Translations under genes and position numbers: made by a program
In this document: positions 1-10,777 of the stretch, piece after piece
Position numbering within the stretch: position 1 is the first letter of the stretch
How the letters are laid out: the number at the start of each line of letters is the position of its first letter
Source of the DNA: Deltaproteobacteria bacterium
GTDB lineage: Bacteria; Myxococcota_A; UBA9160; SMWR01
Length of the DNA: 64,000 nucleotides
Assembly (NCBI GenBank): GCA_032128115.1
Contig: JAQBHB010000090.1
Span: 1 to 64,000 of the forward strand
Direction: 5' to 3'
Notes under the pieces: model-generated
Told to the model about the DNA's origin: nothing
What the model saw: only the letters and a program-made list of their open reading frames with translations
Databases searched by the model: none

Positions 1-150
1 CGTGTCCGCCCACTGGAGCGCGTCGATCCACACGACGACGGGCTTGTCCTTCGCGAGGGCGGCGAGGGTGTCGCGCATCGCACGAACGAAGGCACGCGAC
101 CCTTCCTCTTCGACCTCCGCGGACTCGCTCGCGTCGGCTGCCGCTCCTGC
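1..150 (-). other. Fragment of an AAA_16-type ATPase gene on the minus strand, abutting nuoH (probable chimeric junction)
   Basis: Minus-strand translation reads EEEGSRAFVRAMRDTLAALAKDKPVVVWIDALQWADT, resembling the PLVLxxDDLQWAD Walker-B region; the plus-strand nuoH frame is not NuoH-like before about 145. Confidence 0.5.
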
Positions 151-680
151 CGCAGTACGTCGGCAATTGGATTCCCGCATGGGGCATCCTGACGCAGCCG
201 CTGGCCTTTGTCCTCTTCCTCACGGCCGGCATCGCGGCGACCAAGCGCATCCCCTTCGACATGCCCGAGGGCGAGTCGGAGATCATCGCCGGATATCACC
301 TCGAGTACTCCGGGATGCGCTTCGGCCTGTTCTTCATGTCCGAGTTCATCGAAGTCGTGGTGATCGCGGGGCTCATCACTGCCATCTTCCTGGGCGGCTG
401 GGCGATCCCCTATCTCTCCCAGGAGACCATCATCGGCGCCATCACGCCGGTTTTCGGCCTGGGTTTCGCCACGGGCCTGTGCCTGCTGCTTCACGTACTC
501 ACCTTCTTCTTGAAGGTGATCGTGATGATCTGGTTTCAGATGGCGCTGCGCTGGTCGCTCCCGCGCTTCCGCTACGACCAGGTGATGGACCTGTGCTGGA
601 AGGTGATGCTGCCGCTCTCGATCGTGAATATCTTCGTCACCGGACTGGTGCTTCTGGTGATCCAGGAGGCCGGACGATGA
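144..680 (+). CDS. nuoH: NADH-quinone oxidoreductase subunit H, 3' part only
   Basis: WIPAWGILTQP...KRIPFDMPEGESEIIAGYHLEYSGMRFGLFFMSEF and RWSLPRFRYDQVMDLCWK motifs; 5' half missing. Confidence 0.92.
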   Translation, partial: LLPQYVGNWIPAWGILTQPLAFVLFLTAGIAATKRIPFDMPEGESEIIAGYHLEYSGMRFGLFFMSEFIEVVVIAGLITAIFLGGWAIPYLSQETIIGAITPVFGLGFATGLCLLLHVLTFFLKVIVMIWFQMALRWSLPRFRYDQVMDLCWKVMLPLSIVNIFVTGLVLLVIQEAGR

Positions 681-1180
681 GCGCGCCGGTGGTGCTCTTC
701 TACGCCTTCGCCGCTCTGGCCATCATCTCGGCCCTGGGCATGGTGCTGAACGTCCGCAACACGGTGGCCTCCGCCCTGAGTCTGGTGGTGACCATGGTGT
801 CGCTCGCGGGCATCTACGTGCTCATGGAGGCCCACATCGTCGCGGCCTTCCAGATCATGGTCTACGGCGGCGCCATCGTGGTGTTGTTCCTGTTCGTGGT
901 GATGCTCCTCAACCTCCGGCACGACGAGTTTCCGCCGGCCCGGCAGCGGGCCCTGAAGCTGGCGGGGGCGGGGCTGGCCCTGCTGGTGCTGGTGGAGCTG
1001 CTGCGGGTTCTCAGCGTGGATGTTCCGGAGGCGCCGCCGCTTCCCGAGGGATTCGGCGGCTACGCCCAGCTGGGCATCGCGCTCTACACCGACTACGTGC
1101 TGCTGGTGGAGGTGGCGGGCCTGCTGCTGCTGGCCGCGATCGTGGGCGCGCTGATCCTGGCCAAGCGAAGGATCGACTGA
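677..1180 (+). CDS. nuoJ: NADH-quinone oxidoreductase subunit J
   Basis: ATGA overlap with nuoH; AAFQIMVYGGAIVVLFLFVVMLLNL motif; C-terminal part of ORF 2..1180. Confidence 0.95.
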   Translation: MSAPVVLFYAFAALAIISALGMVLNVRNTVASALSLVVTMVSLAGIYVLMEAHIVAAFQIMVYGGAIVVLFLFVVMLLNLRHDEFPPARQRALKLAGAGLALLVLVELLRVLSVDVPEAPPLPEGFGGYAQLGIALYTDYVLLVEVAGLLLLAAIVGALILAKRRID

Positions 1181-1500
1181 TGGTCCCCCTGGATCACGTC
1201 ATCGGACTCTCTGCGGTGCTCTTTGTCATCGGGATCCTCGGGGTCGCGACCCGGCGCAACCTGATCGTGATCCTCATGTCCATCGAGCTGATGCTGAACG
1301 CGGCAAACCTGGCCTTCGTGGGCTTTAACCGCATATGGCCCGTGGTTGACGGAGTTGCGCACCTGGACGGCCAGATCTTCGTGCTGATCGTGATCACCGT
1401 GGCGGCCGCCGAGGTGGCCGTGGGGCTCGGGATCGTGATCTCCCTGTTCCGCAACCGTGACTCGGTGAACGTGGAAGAAGTGAGCCTTCTCAAGTGGTGA
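1180..1500 (+). CDS. nuoK: NADH-quinone oxidoreductase subunit K
   Basis: RRNLIVILMSIELMLNAANL and VAAAEVAVGL motifs. Confidence 0.97.
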   Translation: MVPLDHVIGLSAVLFVIGILGVATRRNLIVILMSIELMLNAANLAFVGFNRIWPVVDGVAHLDGQIFVLIVITVAAAEVAVGLGIVISLFRNRDSVNVEEVSLLKW

Positions 1501-1504
1501 CAGG

Positions 1505-3550
1505 GTGACCGGAAGCAGCGAAGACCTGCTGCGCTGGATTCCGCTGCTGCCGTTGATGGCGGCGGTCTACCACGGGGTCATGTTGGGCCTGGTGCGCCGA
1601 CCCACGCCGCGCTGGGTCACGTGGCTCCTGTCGTGCGGCTCCGTGGGCCTGTCGTTCCTGGCGGCCTGCTACGCCATGAGCGAGCTGGTGAAGCTGCCCG
1701 AGGGCTCCCGGCTGCTGATCGACAACCTCTACACCTGGGTCGGGGCCGGCGTCGGAAGCCAGGCCTTCAGCGCCGAGATGGCCTTCGCCATGGACCCCAT
1801 CTCGGCAGTGCTCACCCTGATCGTGACCGGCGTGGGCTTCCTGATCCACGTCTACTCGATCGGCTACATGGAAGACGATCAGCGCGAGGACAAGGGGTTC
1901 CAGCGTTTCTTCTGTTACCTGAACCTCTTCACGTTTTCGATGCTGGTGTTGGTGCTGGCCGACAATCTCCTGCTCATGTTCGTGGGCTGGGAGGGTGTGG
2001 GCCTGTGCTCCTATCTGCTGATCGGCTTCTGGTACGCCGACCGCTTCAACGCCTACTGCGGCAGCAAGGCGTTCATCGTCAACCGGATCGGCGACTTCGG
2101 CTTCTTGTTGGGGATCTTCCTGCTATTCACCCATTTCGCCGAGGCGGGTGCCCCCTCGGTGGCCTTCACCGACATGAAGCAGAACATCGCGCTGCTGGCG
2201 AACGCCAGCATCGCAGTGCCCGCATGGATGCCGTTCGGGCCCGAGTGGCCCGTCCTCGACGTGGCGGCCCTGTGTTTCTTCCTGGGCGCCTGCGGCAAGT
2301 CCGCCCAGCTGCCCCTCTACGTCTGGCTCCCGGACGCCATGGCGGGTCCCACACCCGTCTCGGCCCTGATCCACGCGGCCACCATGGTGACCGCCGGCGT
2401 CTACATGATCTGCCGCCTGAGCTTCGTGTACACGCTGGCCCCCGACGCCTCGGCGGTGGTGGCCTGGACCGGAGCGCTGACGGCGATCTTCGCGGCATCC
2501 ATCGCCATCGCCCAGACCGACATCAAGAAGGTGCTGGCCTACTCCACCGTGAGCCAGCTGGGGTACATGGTGATGGCGGCGGGGTGCGGCGGCTATACGG
2601 CCGCCATGTTCCATCTGGGCACCCACGCTTTCTTCAAGGCGCTGCTCTTCCTGGGCGCCGGCGCCGTGATCCTGGCCATGCATCACGAGCAGGACATCGA
2701 GAAGATGGGAGGCCTGCGCAACCGGGTTCCGCGCACCCATTGGGTCTTTCTGATCGGCGTGCTGGCAATCGCCGGCTTTCCCGGCTTTTCGGGCTTCTTC
2801 TCCAAGGACGAAGTGCTGCTGAGTGTGTTCACCTCCCACGTGCCGGGCACCCGCTGGCTGCACGGAATAGGTCTGGTGACGGCGGGGATCACGTCGTTCT
2901 ACATGTTCCGGCTCTACTTCCGCACGTTCTGGGGCGAGTGCCGAGCCCACAAGGAGGTGCGCGACCACCTCCAGGACCCGCCCAGGGTGGTGATGAATCC
3001 CCTGTACGTGCTGGCCTTCTTCTCGATCGTCGCCGGTTTCGTGGGCCTGCCCCAGGCCTACGGCGGCTGGGTGCAGAACTTCGGAGTCGAGGACTCCAAC
3101 AGCTTCGCCAACTTCCTGCGGCCGGTTCTTCCCGCAATCGAACCCCACGGCCTCAGCCACGCCACGGAATACGGCCTGGCGGCCATCGCCGTGGGCGCGG
3201 CGACCCTGGGTGGCCTGTTGGCGTGGTTTCTCTACGTGAGGCGCCCCGAGCTCCCGGCGCGCATCGCCGCCAGTCTGGCCGGCTTCCACCACACGCTGCT
3301 CAACAAGTACTGGGTGGACGAAATCTACGACGCTCTGATCGTGCGGCCGCTGGTGCGGGTTTCGGACCGGGTGCTCTTCCGCGGTGTGGATGCGGGGCTC
3401 ATCGATGGGGCTGCCGTCAACGGAACGGCCCGCATCGTCCGCGGTTTTGCTTCTCACGGGCTCAAGTACGCCCAGTCGGGCCTGGCCCAGAGCTACATCT
3501 TCTTCATGATCGTCGGGGCCGCGGCCCTGGTCGGTTACCTGGTGCGCTAG
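1505..3550 (+). CDS. nuoL: NADH-quinone oxidoreductase subunit L
   Basis: GWEGVGLCSYLLIGFW, GKSAQLPLYVWLPDAMAGPTPVSALIHAATMV, THAFFKALLFL. Confidence 0.97.
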   Translation: MTGSSEDLLRWIPLLPLMAAVYHGVMLGLVRRPTPRWVTWLLSCGSVGLSFLAACYAMSELVKLPEGSRLLIDNLYTWVGAGVGSQAFSAEMAFAMDPISAVLTLIVTGVGFLIHVYSIGYMEDDQREDKGFQRFFCYLNLFTFSMLVLVLADNLLLMFVGWEGVGLCSYLLIGFWYADRFNAYCGSKAFIVNRIGDFGFLLGIFLLFTHFAEAGAPSVAFTDMKQNIALLANASIAVPAWMPFGPEWPVLDVAALCFFLGACGKSAQLPLYVWLPDAMAGPTPVSALIHAATMVTAGVYMICRLSFVYTLAPDASAVVAWTGALTAIFAASIAIAQTDIKKVLAYSTVSQLGYMVMAAGCGGYTAAMFHLGTHAFFKALLFLGAGAVILAMHHEQDIEKMGGLRNRVPRTHWVFLIGVLAIAGFPGFSGFFSKDEVLLSVFTSHVPGTRWLHGIGLVTAGITSFYMFRLYFRTFWGECRAHKEVRDHLQDPPRVVMNPLYVLAFFSIVAGFVGLPQAYGGWVQNFGVEDSNSFANFLRPVLPAIEPHGLSHATEYGLAAIAVGAATLGGLLAWFLYVRRPELPARIAASLAGFHHTLLNKYWVDEIYDALIVRPLVRVSDRVLFRGVDAGLIDGAAVNGTARIVRGFASHGLKYAQSGLAQSYIFFMIVGAAALVGYLVR

Positions 3551-5193
3551 TGGGCGAGCTGATCGACGCACACCTGCTGAGCATGATCACGTTCTTCCCG
3601 CTGGGCGTGGGCGTGCTGCTGCTCCTGAGCAGCGGGCTGTCGGCGCTCGTGGGCGGCGAGGGTCTGCCCGACCCGCTTTGGCGCGCCCTGGGCTTCGCCA
3701 CCACGGTGATCACCTTCCTGTTCTCGTTGCGGCTGTTCGCTGCCTTTACCGCCACCGAGACCGCGTACCAGTTCGTGGAGCACGCGCCCTGGATCTCCGA
3801 CTACGGAGTCAATTACTTCGTGGGCATCGACGGCATCAGCCTGATGATGGTGGTGATGACCACCTTCCTGATGCCCATCGCACTCGCAGCCTCGTGGACC
3901 GACATCGCGAAATCCGTGAAGAGCTACGTCTTCTTCATGCTCTTCCTCGAGACGGGGATGCTGGGCGCCTTCGTCTCGCTGAATCTGTTCCAGTTCTATG
4001 TGTTCTGGGAGGTGATGCTGATCCCGATGTACTTCATCATCGGGATCTGGGGCGGGCCGCGGCGAGTCTACGCCGCCGTCAAGTTCTTCCTGTTCACCAT
4101 GTTCGGCTCGCTGCTCATGCTGGTGGCGATCCTGGTGGTCTATTACCTGAGTTACCAGCAGACTGGAGTCCTGGGCTTCGACCTGGTGGCGCCGCCCGGG
4201 AGCGACGCTCCGAGCCTTATGGACACGTTGATTCCCCTGACCGGCCAGGCCGTATGGTGGAAGACGCAGTTCTGGCTGTTCGCGGCCTTCGCCCTGGCCT
4301 TCGCCATCAAGGTTCCCATGGTGCCGTTCCACACCTGGTTGCCCGACGCGCATGTGGAGGCGCCCACAGCGGGCTCGGTGATCCTGGCGGGCGTGCTGCT
4401 GAAGATGGGAACCTACGGCTTCCTGCGCTTCGGGATCACATTGTTCCCCAACGCGTCCGTGGAGCTGACTCCCCTGCTGATCGGGCTGGCGCTGGTGGGG
4501 ATCGTCTACGGCTCGCTGGTGGCCATGGTGCAGGGCGACATCAAGAAACTGGTGGCCTACTCGTCGGTGGCCCACCTGGGCTTCGTGATGCTGGGCATCT
4601 TCGCCTTCAACGTGCAGGGCATGACTGGCGGCGTGCTCCAGATGGTGAACCACGGCATCTCCACCGGGGCCCTGTTCCTCCTGGTGGGCATGCTCTACGA
4701 ACGGCGCCACACCCGCATGATCGAGGATTTCGGCGGCGTGGCGAAACCCATGCCGGTGTACGCGGCCTGCTTTGGAATCGTCGTGATGTCGAGCATCGGC
4801 CTGCCCCTGCTGAACGGCTTCGTGGGCGAGTTCCTGATCCTGCTGGGCACCTTCCTGGTCTACCCGCTGGCGGCCGTGATCGCGACCTCCGGCGTGGTGC
4901 TGGCGGCTGCCTACATGTTGTGGATGTTCCGGAGGGTCATGTTCGGCCCTGTGGAGCACCCCGAGAACCGCAAGCTCATCGACCTGGGTCTGCGCGAGAA
5001 GCTGGTGATGGTGACCATCATCGTCCCCATGTTCTGGATCGGGCTCTACCCGGACCCGCTCTTGCGTCGCATCGAGCCCGCGGTGATCGAGATTCAGCGG
5101 GTGATGGAGGCGCGCCGTGTCATGCCCGAGTCCCAGGCCGCCGCCGAGCCGGTGCGCGCGGCGGCGGTATGGGCGCCAGAGGCACGACCGTGA
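3550..5193 (+). CDS. nuoM: NADH-quinone oxidoreductase subunit M
   Basis: GTG at 3550 overlaps nuoL stop; FYVFWEVMLIPMY, AIKVPMVPFHTWLPDAHVEAPTAGSVILAGVLLKMG. Confidence 0.96.
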   Translation: MGELIDAHLLSMITFFPLGVGVLLLLSSGLSALVGGEGLPDPLWRALGFATTVITFLFSLRLFAAFTATETAYQFVEHAPWISDYGVNYFVGIDGISLMMVVMTTFLMPIALAASWTDIAKSVKSYVFFMLFLETGMLGAFVSLNLFQFYVFWEVMLIPMYFIIGIWGGPRRVYAAVKFFLFTMFGSLLMLVAILVVYYLSYQQTGVLGFDLVAPPGSDAPSLMDTLIPLTGQAVWWKTQFWLFAAFALAFAIKVPMVPFHTWLPDAHVEAPTAGSVILAGVLLKMGTYGFLRFGITLFPNASVELTPLLIGLALVGIVYGSLVAMVQGDIKKLVAYSSVAHLGFVMLGIFAFNVQGMTGGVLQMVNHGISTGALFLLVGMLYERRHTRMIEDFGGVAKPMPVYAACFGIVVMSSIGLPLLNGFVGEFLILLGTFLVYPLAAVIATSGVVLAAAYMLWMFRRVMFGPVEHPENRKLIDLGLREKLVMVTIIVPMFWIGLYPDPLLRRIEPAVIEIQRVMEARRVMPESQAAAEPVRAAAVWAPEARP

Positions 5194-6695
5194 TCAAGCC
5201 GCCCATCCTCGACCTCTCGGTGCTGGCTCCCATCGGCTTCGTGGCCATCGGCGCCATGCTGGTGCTGATCGGCGAGGTGCTGCTGTCGCGCCGCAAGACC
5301 TTCCTGGGGCGAGAGGTCACCGAAGCGTGGATCGGCAGCGTGCTGGCCATGATCGCCATGTTCTGGCTGGTGCTCTCCCTCTACGTGGCATGCGTGACCT
5401 TCGCGGCGGGAACCTCGAGCGTCTTCAACCCTGACCACCCCATGATCCAGCTCGACCCGTTCGCCGCCCTGGTCACCGCAGTGCTGGCCCTGGGGGCACT
5501 GCTCTCGTGCGCTCTGGCCATCGGTTATCTGGCTGAGCTTCGCATCAACCACGGCGAATTCTACGCGCTGATCCTGCTGTCCACCTCCGGAATGATGCTG
5601 ATGGTGGCGTCTATCGACATGCTGACCTTGTTCCTTGGCCTCGAGCTCATGAGCATCCCCATCTACGTTCTTGCCGGGTTCGATCGCCGCAAGCTGCGGA
5701 GCAACGAGTCGGCGCTCAAGTACTTCATCATCGGATCGTTCGCGAGCGCTCTGCTCCTGTACGGGATGGCCCTGCTATACGGCGCCAGCGGCTCCACCAG
5801 CTTTGCTGCAATCGGGGCCGCCTTAGACGCCTCCAACTCCATGGCCATGATCGGACTGGGCCTGGTGCTGGTGGGATTCGCCTTCAAGATCTCGGCGGTT
5901 CCTTTTCACCAGTGGACGCCCGACGTCTACGAGGGCGCTCCCTCGGTGGTCACAGCCTTCATGTCGGTGACCGTGAAGGTAACCGCCTTCGCCACCCTGC
6001 TCCGGATGCTGACCCTGGCCTTCGGCGGCACGGAGGAGACACTCAGCCATGTGTTCTGGGTGCTGGCGGCGCTCACGATCGTGGTGGGTAATGTCATGGC
6101 CGTGATCCAGGACAACATCAAGCGCCTGCTGGCCTACTCGAGCATCGCCCATGCCGGCTACCTCCTGATCGGGTTCGTCACCGGAACCATCGCTGGCTAT
6201 AGCGCGGTGATGTTCTACCTGGTGGCGTACCTGTTCATGAACCTGGGCGCCTTTGGCGTCGTGGTGACCCTGGCCAACCACGGCCAGGAGTTCGAGCGCA
6301 TGGATTCGCTGGCGGGCCTGGCGCGGCGGCGCCCGGGGCTGGCGGCCGTGATGACGCTGTTCATGGTCTCGTTGGCCGGGATCCCGGGCACCGTGGGCTT
6401 CATCGCCAAGTTCGGCCTGTTCGCCGCCGCCGTGAACGCGGGCTATGTGGGCCTCACGATCCTGGGCGTCCTCATGAGCGTGGTGTCCGTCTATTACTAC
6501 CTGCGAGTTCCCGTGCTCATGTACATGCATGAGCCCACGATGGAATCCGAGACCCTGGGTGTGTCCACCGGTGAAGGGGTGGTGCTCGCCTTTTGCGCCG
6601 TCGGCGTGCTCTTCTTCGGGTTCTTCCCGAACGGCGACAATCTCCATCTGCTGGACTGGGCGCGCGATTCCGTGAGGTTTCTCTTTGGCGCGTAA
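5190..6695 (+). CDS. nuoN: NADH-quinone oxidoreductase subunit N
   Basis: GTGA overlap with nuoM; ESALKYFIIGS, FKISAVPFHQWTPDVYEGAP, KRLLAYSSIAHAGY. Confidence 0.96.
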   Translation: MIKPPILDLSVLAPIGFVAIGAMLVLIGEVLLSRRKTFLGREVTEAWIGSVLAMIAMFWLVLSLYVACVTFAAGTSSVFNPDHPMIQLDPFAALVTAVLALGALLSCALAIGYLAELRINHGEFYALILLSTSGMMLMVASIDMLTLFLGLELMSIPIYVLAGFDRRKLRSNESALKYFIIGSFASALLLYGMALLYGASGSTSFAAIGAALDASNSMAMIGLGLVLVGFAFKISAVPFHQWTPDVYEGAPSVVTAFMSVTVKVTAFATLLRMLTLAFGGTEETLSHVFWVLAALTIVVGNVMAVIQDNIKRLLAYSSIAHAGYLLIGFVTGTIAGYSAVMFYLVAYLFMNLGAFGVVVTLANHGQEFERMDSLAGLARRRPGLAAVMTLFMVSLAGIPGTVGFIAKFGLFAAAVNAGYVGLTILGVLMSVVSVYYYLRVPVLMYMHEPTMESETLGVSTGEGVVLAFCAVGVLFFGFFPNGDNLHLLDWARDSVRFLFGA

Positions 6696-7518
6696 GAGCA
6701 GGCGCTCGAGCGGTCGTCCGAAGGGGGAAAACTCCCGCGCAGAAGCCGAGCCCACGGTGGTCGAGAATCCCGTCGTTACCCGGGCCTGGGATCAGATCTC
6801 GCCGCTGGTCTGGGGCGTGCTCCTGGCCCTGCTGATCCGGGCGCTGATCCTGGAGACCTTCTGGGTCCCGTCCGGATCCATGCTCCCCACGCTCCTGATC
6901 GGGGATCACGTGATCGTCAACAAGTTCGCGTACGGTGCGCGGATTCCCTTCACGGAGATCCGGTTTCCGGCGGTGCGAGAGCCGGCGCGTGGCGACGTGG
7001 TGATCTTCGAGCTCGGAACCCGTGGGCACGGCGACATCTGCCCCCTGGACCAGTGCCCGGACTATCACAGCGAGGGCTTCGTCAAGCGCATCGTGGGGCT
7101 CCCGGGCGACGTGATCGAGTTGCGCCAGGGGGCGCTCTTCATCAACGGGGAGGCGGTGCCGGTGTCGTACCAGGGGGAGTTCCGCGACGACGACGGCCAG
7201 GTGTATCGCCTGGGCACCGAGACGCTGGGCGACGAGGCCCACGAGCTGCTTGACCACCCGGTCTACCCGGGCCTCCCCCAGAGTCCGTACACGGTTCCCG
7301 AGGGTCGCTACTTCATGATGGGCGACAACCGCGACAACTCCAACGACAGTCGTCGCTGGGGAACCGTTCGGCCCCACGAGATCAAGGGACCGGTCACGTA
7401 CCTCTACTGGTCGTGGACCAATCCCAGTGGCTGGTTCACGTTCTTGAAGCCCTGGACCTGGTGGAACCTGTTCAGCCAGGAAACCCGCTGGGATCGTTTC
7501 GGCGACCCCGTGATCTAG
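6685..7518 (+). CDS. lepB: Signal peptidase I
   Basis: One TM then VPSGSMLPTL (catalytic Ser), FVKRIVGLPGD (Lys), GDNRDNSNDSR. Confidence 0.95.
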   Translation: MARKSRRSSGRPKGENSRAEAEPTVVENPVVTRAWDQISPLVWGVLLALLIRALILETFWVPSGSMLPTLLIGDHVIVNKFAYGARIPFTEIRFPAVREPARGDVVIFELGTRGHGDICPLDQCPDYHSEGFVKRIVGLPGDVIELRQGALFINGEAVPVSYQGEFRDDDGQVYRLGTETLGDEAHELLDHPVYPGLPQSPYTVPEGRYFMMGDNRDNSNDSRRWGTVRPHEIKGPVTYLYWSWTNPSGWFTFLKPWTWWNLFSQETRWDRFGDPVI

Positions 7519-9446
7519 CTTCGCAGTACTCGCGACTCGCCCCTGCGGATCGTGAGGTGCTCGGCGTCGAAGAGTTCCATCAGGGGAACGGCGGTTCGGC
7601 GGGTGGTTCCGATCAGGGTCTTGTAGGTCTTCGTATCCAGGCTTGCGTGCTCGCGAAGGTGGGACACCACCTGCTCGCGCAGCCGATCGACCGCGTCGCG
7701 GTCGAACCACAGGTCGCCGGGGGCGCGCACCAGCTGTCCCGTGCGCTCGCAGTGAGCCAGCAGATCCAGCAGGTGCTCCGAATCCATGCCCAGGCGCTCG
7801 CTCCAGTCGCGCAGCGACGGGGGCTCGAGCCCCGACGTGCGCGATCCCTCCACCAGCTTCTCGATCGCCGTCCGGTCTTGCGCGGCTAGCTTTGGCTCGT
7901 GGCCCGTGCGCCAGACCAGGTCGCCTTCCAGGTGGAAGACGCCGCGCTGCTTCAGCCGTTCCATCGCCAGCTCGGCCACGTCGCGCGGCACGTTGTCCGG
8001 TAGCCGACCGCGCAGGGCCCCGCGGGCCATCCCCGGGCGGATCGGTTCGGCTTCGTGATAGGCGTCCATTGCGACTTCGAGGCGTGATTCGATCGATTCC
8101 AGTAGGGCCGCCTCGAGCCAGGTGCCGCCCGCGGTCTTCACGGCGGCGGACGCTGCGGCAAGGGCTTCCAGCTCGCGCTCGAGCGTGTCCGCTACCAGGC
8201 CGGTCTCGCGCCGCAGCTGCTCCTGCGGCACCCCCGCGAATCCACTGCGTTCGATGCGCACCGCCAGGTCGGTGCGGGGTTCGCGAGCGGCCAATCGCAT
8301 GAGGTCGCGCACCAGGTCCGGATCACTGCGACGCCGGTGGGGCGGCGCCACGTCCAGGATCACGCCGCCGCCCAGGGTGGCACCACCCAACTCGGTGCGC
8401 GCGAATCCGCGCACGATGAAGCGGTCGCCGGGAAGCAACGGCACCGCTTCCCCGTCCATGTGCAGACGGGCGAAAGATTGGCTTCCAGGCGTGATCTCGT
8501 CGGCTCCGATGGGCGCCAGATGCGCGCGCCGATCCGAGGTTCCGCTGAGAAACTCCACCGCCACTGGCCCTTCGGCGCGTGGCGCTGACGCCAACCATTG
8601 CAGCTGCACATCGGCGCTCCTGGTGGGATCGAGCGAACCGGGAGTCGCCACCACCTGCCCCCGGGCGAGTTGCGCGAGATCCACGTTCTGGAGATTCACG
8701 GCACAGCGGGTTCCAGGCTCCACCCGCTGGCGGGTCTGCCCGTGGCTCTGCAGCCCGCGCACGCGCGCGCGCAGGCTCGAGGGTTGGATTTCCACCGCGT
8801 CGCCCACGGACAGGGCGCTCCCCACCAGCGTGCCGGTCACGACGCTGCCGAACCCCTTCATGGCGAACGTCCGGTCCACGCACAGGCGCGCGGGCCCGGT
8901 CCGCGGAGTGCGCGGCGCCGCCACTTCCATGGCGCGCGCGAGCTGCACGCGCAGCTCCTCGATGCCCTCGCCGCTCAGGGCCGAGACGCGCACCAACGGG
9001 GCGCCGGCCAGGGAGGTGCCCGAAAGCAGATCTCGCGCCTCCTCGGCGGCCAGCTCCGCTACGTCGTCCGGCGCCGCGTCGATCTTGGTGAGCGCCACCA
9101 CGCCGCGTGTGAGCCCCAGCAGCTCGCAGATGGCAACGTGCTCGCGGGTCTGGGGCATCACACCCTCATCTGCCGCCACCACCAGCAGCACCAGGTCAAT
9201 GCCTGTGGCGCCCGACACCATGGTGCGCACGAGACCTTCGTGGCCAGGCACGTCCACCACACTGGCTAGCAGTCCGTTGCCAAGCTCCAGGGGGGCGAAG
9301 CCCAGGTCGATGGTGATGCCGCGCCGCTTCTCTTCGGGCAGGCGATCGGTGTCGACGCCTGTGAGTGCCCGGATCAGGGCCGTTTTGCCGTGGTCGATGT
9401 GTCCGGCGGTCCCCAGGACCAGACGAGCGTCGCTAACGGGGCTCAA
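7515..9446 (-). CDS. selB: Selenocysteine-specific elongation factor
   Basis: [11 protein letters not shown]...[26 protein letters not shown]-terminal [13 protein letters not shown] winged-helix; 643 aa. Confidence 0.96.
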   Translation of the reverse strand: MSPVSDARLVLGTAGHIDHGKTALIRALTGVDTDRLPEEKRRGITIDLGFAPLELGNGLLASVVDVPGHEGLVRTMVSGATGIDLVLLVVAADEGVMPQTREHVAICELLGLTRGVVALTKIDAAPDDVAELAAEEARDLLSGTSLAGAPLVRVSALSGEGIEELRVQLARAMEVAAPRTPRTGPARLCVDRTFAMKGFGSVVTGTLVGSALSVGDAVEIQPSSLRARVRGLQSHGQTRQRVEPGTRCAVNLQNVDLAQLARGQVVATPGSLDPTRSADVQLQWLASAPRAEGPVAVEFLSGTSDRRAHLAPIGADEITPGSQSFARLHMDGEAVPLLPGDRFIVRGFARTELGGATLGGGVILDVAPPHRRRSDPDLVRDLMRLAAREPRTDLAVRIERSGFAGVPQEQLRRETGLVADTLERELEALAAASAAVKTAGGTWLEAALLESIESRLEVAMDAYHEAEPIRPGMARGALRGRLPDNVPRDVAELAMERLKQRGVFHLEGDLVWRTGHEPKLAAQDRTAIEKLVEGSRTSGLEPPSLRDWSERLGMDSEHLLDLLAHCERTGQLVRAPGDLWFDRDAVDRLREQVVSHLREHASLDTKTYKTLIGTTRRTAVPLMELFDAEHLTIRRGESRVLRS

Positions 9447-10710
9447 TGCGGTCGAGCCCTAGATAGGGCCGTAGGGCCTTTGGAACCGATACGGAGCCGT
9501 CTTTGCACTGGTGGTTTCCGATCAGCGCAATCAGGGTTCGCGGCACGGCGATGGCGGTTCCGTTGAGGGTGTGGACCAGCTCGTTCTTCTTGGCGCCCTG
9601 GCGTCGAAAGCGGGTGCGAAGCCGGCGCGCCTGGAAGTCGGTGCAGTTCGACGCGCTGGTGACCTCGCCGTACTCGCCGCTCTCGCCCCGGTCGGGCATC
9701 CAGGCCTCGATGTCGAACTTGCGGTAGGCCGGCGCGCCCAGGTCGCGAGTGGCCACGTCGATTACCCGGTAGGGAATCTCCAGGGCTTGGAAGATCTGCT
9801 CCTCCACGTGCAACAGCTCTTCGTGGACCGACGCCGAGTCGTCGGGTCGGCAGAAGACGAACATCTCGACCTTGGTGAACTGGTGCACCCGATACAGGCC
9901 CCGACCCTCGCGGCCCGCGGATCCGGCTTCGGTGCGGAAGCAGTGAGAGATGCCCGCCAGCTTGAGGGGCAGATCGGCCTCGTCGAGGATCGCATCGGCG
10001 TACAACCCGCCCAGCGTGATCTCGGAGGTTCCAATCAGGTCCAGATCCGTACCGGTTACCGAGTAGATCTGCGTCTCCGGTCCGCGCGGACTGAAGGCCA
10101 GGTCGTCGACGATCTTGCGCCTCGCCAGGTCGGGAGTGATGAGGGGCTGGAAGCCCTCGGCCATCACCACGTCCAACGCGAACCGTTGCAACGCCAGCTC
10201 GAGAAGCACCGCCGCGTTCTTCAGGTAGTAGAACTTCTGGCCAGTGACGCGCGCGCCGCCTTCGAAGTCGAACAGTTCCAGGCGTTCGCCCAGGGCCAGG
10301 TGATCCAGGGGCTCGAAGTCGAAGCTGGGCGGGCTTCCCACCCGGCGCAGCTCGCGGAAGTCCTGCTCGCCTCCCACCGGTGAGTCCGGGTGCACCAGGT
10401 TGGGAATGGGCGCCAGCTTCTCGTCCAGCTCGCGTTGGGCCCCGGCCAGCTCGTCCTCCAGCTGGCCCACCTCGTTCTTGAGCCGCCGGCCGACGGCCGC
10501 GTGGGCCTCCCGGGCATCCGCCTCGAGCTTGCGCTTGCCGGCGTCCTGGTGCTGGTTGCGCTGGCGGTTGAGTTCGCCGAGTCGGGTCTGGACGTCGGCC
10601 AGGCGCTCGCGGGCCTGGATGGCCGCGTTCAAATCGACCTGGACCCCACGCCGCCGACAACTCTCGGCAATCTCGTCGCGCTGCTCGGCGAGCGTCTTCG
10701 GATCGAGCAT
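9433..10710 (-). CDS. serS: Serine--tRNA ligase
   Basis: N-terminal coiled coil, GTSE, CFRTEAG...[39 protein letters not shown]. Confidence 0.97.
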   Translation of the reverse strand: MLDPKTLAEQRDEIAESCRRRGVQVDLNAAIQARERLADVQTRLGELNRQRNQHQDAGKRKLEADAREAHAAVGRRLKNEVGQLEDELAGAQRELDEKLAPIPNLVHPDSPVGGEQDFRELRRVGSPPSFDFEPLDHLALGERLELFDFEGGARVTGQKFYYLKNAAVLLELALQRFALDVVMAEGFQPLITPDLARRKIVDDLAFSPRGPETQIYSVTGTDLDLIGTSEITLGGLYADAILDEADLPLKLAGISHCFRTEAGSAGREGRGLYRVHQFTKVEMFVFCRPDDSASVHEELLHVEEQIFQALEIPYRVIDVATRDLGAPAYRKFDIEAWMPDRGESGEYGEVTSASNCTDFQARRLRTRFRRQGAKKNELVHTLNGTAIAVPRTLIALIGNHQCKDGSVSVPKALRPYLGLDRIEPR

Positions 10711-10777
10711 GGGATCAAGAGGGAAGCACAGGTGTTACGCCGGCGCAGCGACACGGCGGCTCGGAGCGGGGGGGGGC

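Noticed and set aside
1621..3549. Apparent long N-terminal extensions on nuoM, nuoN, nuoJ, PilZ, sulfatase, mrpB, mrpF and fhs ORFs
   Set aside because: Extensions overlap neighbouring genes in another frame or strand; real starts sit at coupled codons downstream
10768..10776. G homopolymer as a phase-variation tract
   Set aside because: Intergenic, just after a stop codon, with no evident promoter spacing role
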